32,000 nucleotides of DNA, taken from contig NZ_AP028907.1 in NCBI RefSeq assembly GCF_036323395.1, positions 180,001-212,000 of the forward strand, written 5' to 3'. The position numbers and the translations under genes are program-made. This DNA comes from Pyrodictium abyssi (lineage in GTDB: Archaea > Thermoproteota > Thermoprotei_A > Sulfolobales > Pyrodictiaceae). This document shows positions 18,108 through 23,328 of this stretch, one piece after another. The number at the start of each line of letters is the position of its first letter. Positions within the stretch are counted from its first letter, which is position 1. Below the pieces are notes generated by a model that was not told the DNA's origin, ran no database searches, and was given only the letters and a program-made list of their open reading frames with translations.

Positions 18108-18191
18108 CTAGTTCTAAATCGGAATAAGAAGCAGAGGAGAAGCGGGCTCAGCGATTATCTCATCATTACCCGCTTTGCCCGGTGGCCCGCT

Positions 18192-19166
18192 ATGCCCCAG
18201 AGTAACACGTCTCGAAGAGATAGTAGAGAACCTAGCCCTGGTACTGCACAAGGACACTACCGGCCTAGCGAGCTCATTCTACGCTATATAGTTGAAGAGA
18301 AGGTCTCCTTCTTCCGGCTCGAGGAGATACGCTACTGGGCAAAGAAGCGCTACGGAGTAGACATAGACAGGAGGAGGCTCCATGATGCGGCAAAGAGGCT
18401 TACTGCTCGGGGCGTCTTCGAGAAGCCTTCGAGAGGCCTATATCATGTAAAAGACTGGGCAGCTGTCCACATGCTAGTTTCACTCTCCTCGAGAAAGAGA
18501 AACAATGAAGCCCTTGAGGGCCAAGAAGGGATTCACCTACAGGCTAGAGGTGAAAACGTCCTTGAGCCGCGTCAGAACATGAGTCGGACGGACGCGGGCG
18601 CGGCGGGGCGGGCTGGGCGGCGGGTGTCTGAGCGGTGTTCTGACAGGTTGCGGCGGTTTGTGCCTGTTCTCGCTACGGAGGAGGGGTGTTGGACGGTTCT
18701 TCGCTGGCATCTTAATGCGCGTCGGGAGAGGGTTTGGGACTGGCTGTGGGATCTCTTCGAGAGGGCGGTTGCTTTTCGGGAGCTATTCTCTTGGATTGTT
18801 AGATGGCTTAGGGAGGAGCTGCACCGTATGGGGGCGTCTAAGTACGAGATCCGGAGGCGGGTTAGGCGGGTTCTGCAGCGTGTTAGGAGGCTGCTTTCGA
18901 GGGTTAGGCCCGTGATTGGTGCTCATTATAGGAAGAGGTTCTGGCCCCTGGGGGATCTTCTCCGCTTGTTTGGTGCTGAGGAGAGGCTGCCCAGGATGGA
19001 GTTCGGGGTAGAGCTTTGGGCTTGCGGTGAGGGGGCGGTGGAGGCTGCGCGGGAGGGCTACGAGGTCTTTGGGAGCCAGGACGTGTATACTCCGAACGCA
19101 TACAAGCATAATACTCCGGAGCATGCTCAGTATAGGCTGCGGCTGCGTTATCATCCTAGGCACTAG
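18192..19166 (+). CDS. Hypothetical protein: N-terminal winged-helix-like domain plus an Arg/Trp-rich C-terminal half
   Basis: 324 aa. LILRYIVEEKVSFFRLEEIRYWAKKRYGVDIDRRRLHDAAKRLTARGVFEKPSRGLYHV looks like a wHTH. Composition changes sharply after about 18590. Contains hairpin H7 in frame. Confidence 0.65.
   Translation: MPQSNTSRRDSREPSPGTAQGHYRPSELILRYIVEEKVSFFRLEEIRYWAKKRYGVDIDRRRLHDAAKRLTARGVFEKPSRGLYHVKDWAAVHMLVSLSSRKRNNEALEGQEGIHLQARGENVLEPRQNMSRTDAGAAGRAGRRVSERCSDRLRRFVPVLATEEGCWTVLRWHLNARRERVWDWLWDLFERAVAFRELFSWIVRWLREELHRMGASKYEIRRRVRRVLQRVRRLLSRVRPVIGAHYRKRFWPLGDLLRLFGAEERLPRMEFGVELWACGEGAVEAAREGYEVFGSQDVYTPNAYKHNTPEHAQYRLRLRYHPRH
18477..18503 (+). repeat. Hairpin element H7 (intragenic)
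   Basis: GTTTCactctcctcgagaaagaGAAAC (27 nt), in frame within 18192-19166, where it encodes VSLSSRKRN. Confidence 0.75.
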
Positions 19167-19167
19167 G

Positions 19168-19260
19168 ATTTCGCTTCTTAGCCTGTATGCGAAACGCTAG
19201 GGGACGCTAGGTTTCTCCTGTCGACAACACTGCGAAATCTGTCAGAGCGGGGCTCTGACA
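19168..19260 (+). repeat. Hairpin elements H8 (19168-19195) and H9 (19211-19238), plus palindrome P4 (19240-19260)
   Basis: H8 is ATTTCgcttcttagcctgtatgcGAAAC. H9 is GTTTCtcctgtcgacaacactgcGAAAT. P4 is TGTCAGAgcggggcTCTGACA (perfect). Confidence 0.85.
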
Positions 19261-19326
19261 AGGTAAGTGGATTAGCTTCGCTTTGCACCGGCTTACGGTT
19301 TAGTAGCTGTTATTCGGTCATCGGGC

Positions 19327-20457
19327 TTGTCAGAGTTGGGCTCTGACGCTGGTTTTGTAGCCTTCGAGGGGCAAATAGGAAGGTGGGTGCTCTTTGTGGA
19401 GGGGAGGGTTAAGGTTGCTAGGCTGGTGGAGATAGACGGTAGGCCCTACGTAGTGATAGACGGCGCGTTGATCCCCATTGAGGTTTCGCCCGGGAGCTCG
19501 CAGGCGAAACAGGAGAGGCCGGAGCTTCGCTTTGAGCTGAGTGAAGAGGTCCTCGAGCGCTACCGTAGGTGGCTTCCCAGCGAGCAACGAAGTTACCGAG
19601 CCAGGGACCCGGAAACCATAGAGAAGTATATCAGCTATTTAAAGAAGTTCTATGAGTGCAGTAATGGGGTTATATCGCCTGAGACGATTATGAAGTGTGT
19701 TACGAATAAGCACTATGTGAGGGCGTTAAGAGCGTTCGTGGAGATGTTGAGGTACTATGGAGAGGTGTCGCGGCACCTGGCTCTTGAGATCCTTGAGAGG
19801 CTTAGGTGGAGCCGGAATGATAGGATTGGCGAGGATATTGTTCCGGTTTCCCGGGTGCTCGAGAGCATAGCATTCGTCGAGGAGGAAGGGCTTCCGCTGT
19901 ACCAGCTGCTCTATAGGGCTATGCTCTATAGTGGCGGTATCCGGCTGGAGCAGTTCTTCGAGCTAGTGCCCTACGAGGATCATTACTGGCTGTGGAGGGG
20001 AGCGGAGCCCCGGCCCTTTGGCAGGTATAACGCTGTTAAGGCTCTCGAGGACCGTGGGGTAGCCTCGAAGCCTGTGGACCATATATGGCTGCCTGAGGAG
20101 GTTTACCGGGGGCTTAGGGGGCTTGATCCTGATTTCCTTCCGAAGCCGGGAGCGGCTAGGAAGTTCTATAGCCGGCATAAGCTGGTAGGCCCGACATTGA
20201 TTCGTAGCTTCTGCTGGCAAGTTGCGAAGTTTCTCCTGCCCGACAAGAATCTTGCTAGGATGCTGCAGGGGAGGCTTGGAGAGCTTAAGCGCGAGGTATC
20301 CGCGGGGAGCTATGACGCGCTCCGTTATCAGCTCGATCAGCTATACCCGCTTTGGATGCGCTTCGTGGACAGGCTCTACGAGGCGGCCAGGCGTGGTAAG
20401 CCTCTCGAGGAGGCGCGGAGGATAGTCGCTGAGTACCGCTTGCCCCTCCCACCTTAG
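19327..20457 (+). CDS. int: Tyrosine recombinase (integrase), intact
   Basis: 376 aa. Core-binding-like helices (IEKYISYLKKFYE..., ALRAFVEMLRYYG). Candidate catalytic residues are LYSGGIRLEQ (Arg I), TLIRSFCWQ (Arg II), MLQGRLG and SAGSYDAL (Tyr). The exact start is uncertain: TTG 19327 lies inside palindrome P5. Confidence 0.85.
   Translation: MSELGSDAGFVAFEGQIGRWVLFVEGRVKVARLVEIDGRPYVVIDGALIPIEVSPGSSQAKQERPELRFELSEEVLERYRRWLPSEQRSYRARDPETIEKYISYLKKFYECSNGVISPETIMKCVTNKHYVRALRAFVEMLRYYGEVSRHLALEILERLRWSRNDRIGEDIVPVSRVLESIAFVEEEGLPLYQLLYRAMLYSGGIRLEQFFELVPYEDHYWLWRGAEPRPFGRYNAVKALEDRGVASKPVDHIWLPEEVYRGLRGLDPDFLPKPGAARKFYSRHKLVGPTLIRSFCWQVAKFLLPDKNLARMLQGRLGELKREVSAGSYDALRYQLDQLYPLWMRFVDRLYEAARRGKPLEEARRIVAEYRLPLPP
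19328..19348. promoter_or_regulatory. Palindrome P5 overlapping the annotated integrase start
   Basis: TGTCAGAgttgggcTCTGACg. Same family as P1-P4, positioned at the 5' end of int. Confidence 0.6.
19483..19510 (+). repeat. Hairpin element H10 (intragenic, in int)
   Basis: GTTTCGCCcgggagctcgcaGGCGAAAC (28 nt, 8-bp perfect arms, central GAGCTC), in frame, encoding VSPGSSQAKQ. Confidence 0.8.
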
Positions 20458-20459
20458 CG

Positions 20460-20487
20460 GTTTCGCCTAGGAGCTCGTTGGTGAAAC
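20460..20487 (+). repeat. Hairpin element H11
   Basis: GTTTCgcctaggagctcgttggtGAAAC (28 nt). It starts 3 nt after the integrase stop. Confidence 0.85.
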
Positions 20488-20494
20488 TGGGGCT

Positions 20495-20575
20495 GGGCCG
20501 CGGGGATGATGAGTACGGCAGGATCGGATCCGTGAAGAGCGGACTTAACGCTGACCCTCCCGGGACCCGCGGCCC
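20495..20575 (+). ncRNA. Dual-guide C/D box sRNA candidate (core 20506-20554)
   Basis: C box ATGATGA (20506-12), 12-nt guide gtacggcaggat, D' cgga, 3-nt linker, C' gtgaaga (20532-38), 12-nt guide gcggacttaacg, D box CTGA (20551-54). This is the canonical archaeal 7-12-4-3-7-12-4 layout. A perfect 9-bp outer helix (gggccgcgg 20495-503 with ccgcggccc 20567-75) encloses it. Both guides are complementary to conserved 16S rRNA segments (see findings). Confidence 0.6.
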
Positions 20576-20753
20576 TCTGGTTTACCCTACTCTATACTAA
20601 GAGGTATATGGGTTGCGCCCGGCTATACTATAGTGTACTCGAGGGCCCGGCTGCCCCTCTCGACGGGTCGGGGACCCGGGGTGAAGGGATGAGCCGGCCC
20701 GGGAGGCGGGGATTGTCGTGAACCGCCTCCTTCAATGCTCTGACACTCCTAGG

Positions 20754-20876
20754 GTTTCCCCTTCTCGATCCCTGGGGAAACCGGGCCCTGGCGGGGGGTT
20801 TCGCCTTCCTCGAGGAGGGTGAAACCGGCCCTTCCCCTGGAGGGTAGGGTTTCGCTTACAGGCCTGTATGTGAAAT
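20754..20876 (+). repeat. Hairpin elements H12 (20754-20781), H13 (20798-20825) and H14 (20849-20876)
   Basis: H12 is GTTTCcccttctcgatccctgggGAAAC. H13 is GTTTCgccttcctcgaggagggtGAAAC. H14 is GTTTCgcttacaggcctgtatgtGAAAT. A TCTGACA half-site lies at 20739-20745. Confidence 0.85.
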
Positions 20877-20920
20877 AGTGTCGGCTTCCTCTTTCTGTCC
20901 ACCAAAAACAATAAGTAGGT

Positions 20921-20932
20921 GTAACTAGTTAC
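20921..20932. promoter_or_regulatory. Perfect 12-bp palindrome GTAACTAGTTAC upstream of the small-gene operon (candidate operator)
   Basis: It lies between an A-rich TATA-like stretch (aaaaacaataag, about 20904-20915) and the GTG/ATG starts at 20949/20958. Confidence 0.4.
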
Positions 20933-20948
20933 GACTACTTGGCTGCGG

Positions 20949-21269
20949 GTGTGGGGTATGGGGAGTCTACGGGAGGCTCTCATCTTCCTCGCAAATAAGC
21001 CTCAAGCGCTACGTCTTCTCCGCGAGGCTGCGAGGTACAAGGCTTCAAAGGGTAAGCCGCCGTACACTAGAGAGCTTCTCAAGCTGGCAGCCAACGGGGA
21101 CCGCGGCTACAGTATGCGGCTGCTAGAGGAGCTGCAGGCGCTGGGGCTTCTGCGGCGCTACCGGGATTATCTTAGCGATAAGCTGCGCATACCTGTTGTC
21201 CGCAACGATCCCACACCTTTGGCTCACAAGGTTCTAGCACTCTTCGAGGAGGAGGATGAAAATGCCTAG
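20949..21269 (+). CDS. Winged-helix DNA-binding protein
   Basis: 106 aa (GTG 20949 or ATG 20958). TRELLKLAANGDRGYSMRLLEELQALGLLRR looks like an HTH plus wing. Acidic tail. Confidence 0.65.
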   Translation: MWGMGSLREALIFLANKPQALRLLREAARYKASKGKPPYTRELLKLAANGDRGYSMRLLEELQALGLLRRYRDYLSDKLRIPVVRNDPTPLAHKVLALFEEEDENA

Positions 21270-21708
21270 GCCTCCACGGCTTGATAAGGTAATAGCGTTT
21301 GCCCATAAGCTGGCTAGCGATCTTGAGGTAGGGTATCGGGAGCTTGCCGGGATTCGTGGGGAGCTTCTGCGCGTCTCTGAGCTTCTGCGGGATGTCGAGG
21401 TTCTGGAGGCTAGTGTGATCGAGAAGAGTAGGAATGGCTCGGTGTACAGGGTTCTGCAGGTGAAGAGGCCTGGGACGGGCTTTTTCGAGGGAGGCGTGCT
21501 GTCTGTCTATGTTACCCGTAAGCCCGAGCTTGGCGATCTTGTAGTGAGGCTTGTTCATCTCCGTAATGTCTATGCTGAGTGGGTTAAGGCTACTATTAGC
21601 TTGCTTGACGCGTTGGAGAGGACTCCTAGCTTGCTTGAGGAATACAAGCGGCTTGTTTCTCCTACAGGATCTCCGGCGAAACAGGAGGTGAGGGCTCGTG
21701 GATCCTAG
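21256..21708 (+). CDS. Hypothetical protein
   Basis: 150 aa. The start overlaps the previous gene by 14 nt. Contains H15 in frame near its 3' end. Confidence 0.6.
   Translation: MKMPRPPRLDKVIAFAHKLASDLEVGYRELAGIRGELLRVSELLRDVEVLEASVIEKSRNGSVYRVLQVKRPGTGFFEGGVLSVYVTRKPELGDLVVRLVHLRNVYAEWVKATISLLDALERTPSLLEEYKRLVSPTGSPAKQEVRARGS
21655..21682 (+). repeat. Hairpin element H15 (intragenic)
   Basis: GTTTCtcctacaggatctccggcGAAAC (28 nt), in frame, encoding VSPTGSPAKQ, and followed by aggagg. Confidence 0.8.
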
Positions 21709-21847
21709 GGAGCTTGCGGAGATTGAGCAGGAGCTGAGAGAGGCTCGAGAGTTCTTCGCAGAGCGGGGGTACTGGCTCATGGTCTGGTACATAGACGATA
21801 CACTGAGGCTAATAGAGAGGATGAAGGAGGGGAGGAGTAATGGCTCT
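21698..21847 (+). CDS. Possible 49-aa ORF
   Basis: Hand-found. GTG 21698 overlaps the preceding stop region. Translation is VDPRELAEIEQELREAREFFAERGYWLMVWYIDDTLRLIERMKEGRSNGS. Its stop overlaps the RHH gene start (ATG 21840). Support comes only from operon packing. Confidence 0.25.
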
Positions 21848-22049
21848 TAGAACGATCACCGTTAAGCTCGATGACGAGATTGTATCTCTTCTCGACGACA
21901 TCTATAGGAAGCTTGGCTACAATTACCGCAGCGATGTAATAAGAGAAGCACTGGAGGATTGGCTGCGGCGGCATGGATTCAAGGTTAACCTCAGCGTTTC
22001 TCGACCAAGGCATAATGATAGAGGTCTAGTGTTTGAGGTGGAGGTGTAG
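21840..22049 (+). CDS. Ribbon-helix-helix (CopG/Arc/MetJ-type) transcriptional regulator
   Basis: MALRTITVKLDDEIVSLLDDIYRKLGYNYRSDVIREALEDWLRRHG has the classic beta-strand, helix, helix pattern. Confidence 0.8.
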   Translation: MALRTITVKLDDEIVSLLDDIYRKLGYNYRSDVIREALEDWLRRHGFKVNLSVSRPRHNDRGLVFEVEV

Positions 22050-22052
22050 ACC

Positions 22053-22313
22053 ATGACCAGGCTATATCTCTGCGGGTGCTGGCTCGAGGTTAAGGACTGC
22101 AGCTTGCACAAGGCATTGCTGAGGAGTCTTGCCGACATCTACGAGCATGACGTGCTACTCATGGAGGGTGCGCCGGTCTCCATCGACTGTAGGCGGCTGG
22201 CCGCGGACTTCGAAGAGTTCCTGCACGACTATGGTGCCCGGCACTGCCGCGTCGAGCCCGTCGATCCGGCTGAGTGGCGCCGCCCCGAGGAGACGCTACT
22301 TCCGACATTCTAG
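22053..22313 (+). CDS. Hypothetical Cys-containing protein
   Basis: 86 aa. Starts 3 nt after the RHH stop. No family recognised. Confidence 0.55.
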   Translation: MTRLYLCGCWLEVKDCSLHKALLRSLADIYEHDVLLMEGAPVSIDCRRLAADFEEFLHDYGARHCRVEPVDPAEWRRPEETLLPTF

Positions 22314-22326
22314 GGGGTGGGTGGCT

Positions 22327-22755
22327 ATGCCGGTCTTCCTTCTAGCTAATGGCCGCCGGGTTACGCTCTCGAGGGCCCTAGTAGAGCGGGTTGTTACTAC
22401 GAGGCTCTCTAACTGCTTCTCTCCGCAGTGCTACATGTCGAAGGAGGAGTACCTAGCGTGCATAGAGTGGATCACAGGGAGGAGAAGCGAGGCTCCAGGG
22501 CACGCGCGTACATGCATCTACCACATGCTGTTCTACAGCGAGAACCTGGTTCTAACAAACTACATGTTCTTGAGGTCGCTGCGCGACCCAGCGGCGCCAG
22601 AGTACCTAGACTCTATGCTGAGGCTACTCGAGGAGATACGCCGACTAGCAGAGGAGGCCTATCAGCACCTAGCAGCTAGCCGCTATAGCGAGGCTCAGAG
22701 ACTGGCCATCGAGATTCTAGACAAGCTCCTAAGATGGGGAATAGACCCATGGTAG
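22327..22755 (+). CDS. Hypothetical protein
   Basis: The track ORF 22129-22755 overlaps the previous gene out of frame. The internal ATG at 22327 (MPVFLLANGRR...) gives 142 aa with a helical C-terminus. Confidence 0.6.
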   Translation: MPVFLLANGRRVTLSRALVERVVTTRLSNCFSPQCYMSKEEYLACIEWITGRRSEAPGHARTCIYHMLFYSENLVLTNYMFLRSLRDPAAPEYLDSMLRLLEEIRRLAEEAYQHLAASRYSEAQRLAIEILDKLLRWGIDPW

Positions 22756-22758
22756 GGG

Positions 22759-23019
22759 GTGTCTTGCATGTCGGCTGACTGCCGCCGTTGCCGGTTCTTT
22801 ATCCCCCTTGAGAGGATGGATCATGATAGCATAGTGAGGGCTGAGAAGTGGCTTCAATGGATGCAGAAGAACGGGAAGAGGCAGGGTCATAGGATCCTGG
22901 GATGGTGCGGTAGGTATGAGAGGCCGGTAACCTACTATGTTGGCCGCTGCACGGGCTTCTCCCCCTATGCCGATAGACCGGCGGTGAAGAGTATACTCGA
23001 CTATCTTCGGGGCAGCTAG
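22759..23019 (+). CDS. Small Cys-rich (putative zinc-binding) protein
   Basis: 86 aa with CRRC...GWCGRYERPVTYYVGRC. GTG start 3 nt after the previous stop. Confidence 0.55.
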   Translation: MSCMSADCRRCRFFIPLERMDHDSIVRAEKWLQWMQKNGKRQGHRILGWCGRYERPVTYYVGRCTGFSPYADRPAVKSILDYLRGS

Positions 23020-23040
23020 CTCTTTCTTATTAAGAGGAGG

Positions 23041-23127
23041 TGTCAGAGTTCTACTCCGGCATCTTGTTTCTCCCTAGATCCTGTAGGGGAAACTCTCGGG
23101 TTTCTCCCTTCTCGAGGAGGGTGAAAC
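23041..23127 (+). repeat. Degenerate palindrome P6 (23041-23061), plus hairpins H16 (23066-23093) and H17 (23100-23127)
   Basis: P6 is TGTCAGAgttctacTCcGgCA. H16 is GTTTCtccctagatcctgtagggGAAAC. H17 is GTTTCtcccttctcgaggagggtGAAAC. Confidence 0.85.
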
Positions 23128-23132
23128 GCTGC

Positions 23133-23300
23133 TCAACGTAACTTCCTTAGGCATAGGCGCCCTCTTCCATCTATCTCCCAGATTAGATAGTCGCCTTTGC
23201 TCAGCTTTGTACGTTCCACGAACTCTTTGGGTAGATGTATGAAGAGGACTTCTCCATGTGGGGTCTTCTTTGCCTGAACCCTGACCAGGCGGGGCTGCAT
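23133..23300 (-). CDS. SpoVT/AbrB-family small DNA-binding protein
   Basis: Too short for the ORF track. Hand translation from the ATG at 23300 gives MQPRLVRVQAKKTPHGEVLFIHLPKEFVERTKLSKGDYLIWEIDGRGRLCLRKLR (55 aa). IHLPKEFVE...KGDYLIWEIDGRGRLCL is a typical AbrB swapped-hairpin pattern. Confidence 0.7.
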   Translation of the reverse strand: MQPRLVRVQAKKTPHGEVLFIHLPKEFVERTKLSKGDYLIWEIDGRGRLCLRKLR

Positions 23301-23310
23301 ACTCTCACGG

Positions 23311-23328
23311 TCTGTACAGTCTGTACAG
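23311..23328. promoter_or_regulatory. Tandem TCTGTACAG x2 (each containing the palindrome CTGTACAG) just upstream of the AbrB-like gene
   Basis: tctgtacagtctgtacag lies 11-28 nt upstream of the ATG at 23300 on the gene's strand, which is an operator-like position. Confidence 0.4.

Noticed and set aside
18658-19163. Alternative-frame and antisense ORFs (18658-18915 +, 18783-19163 -, 18904-19101 -) within the G-rich half of the 324-aa ORF.
   Set aside because: These are Gly/Arg- or Pro-rich shadow ORFs, as expected from strand-biased GC-rich sequence. The main frame has the more protein-like composition.
20641-20745. A possible second C/D sRNA (GGGATGA ... CTGA) in the GC-rich segment of the hub.
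   Set aside because: The box spacing does not fit the 12-nt guide geometry and the internal boxes are absent. It is retained only as a possible structured region within the hub finding.
20754-20876. Three GTTTC...GAAAC units spaced 44 and 51 nt apart looked like a mini-CRISPR array or solitary CRISPR repeats.
   Set aside because: The repeat interiors differ strongly from one another. The spacers are only 16 and 23 nt. The same unit occurs singly throughout the element, including inside ORFs. No leader or cas genes are present. The possible relation to host CRISPR repeats is kept only as a hypothesis to test.
20732-20983. An 83-aa minus-strand ORF in the non-coding hub.
   Set aside because: It is built entirely from the hairpin repeats and gives Pro/Arg-rich translation. 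No start context or coding signature is present.
22129-22326. The long N-terminal extension of the 208-aa track ORF.
   Set aside because: It overlaps the 22053-22313 ORF out of frame and gives Ser/Arg/Thr-rich translation. The internal ATG at 22327, just after that gene's stop, fits the operon's tight packing.
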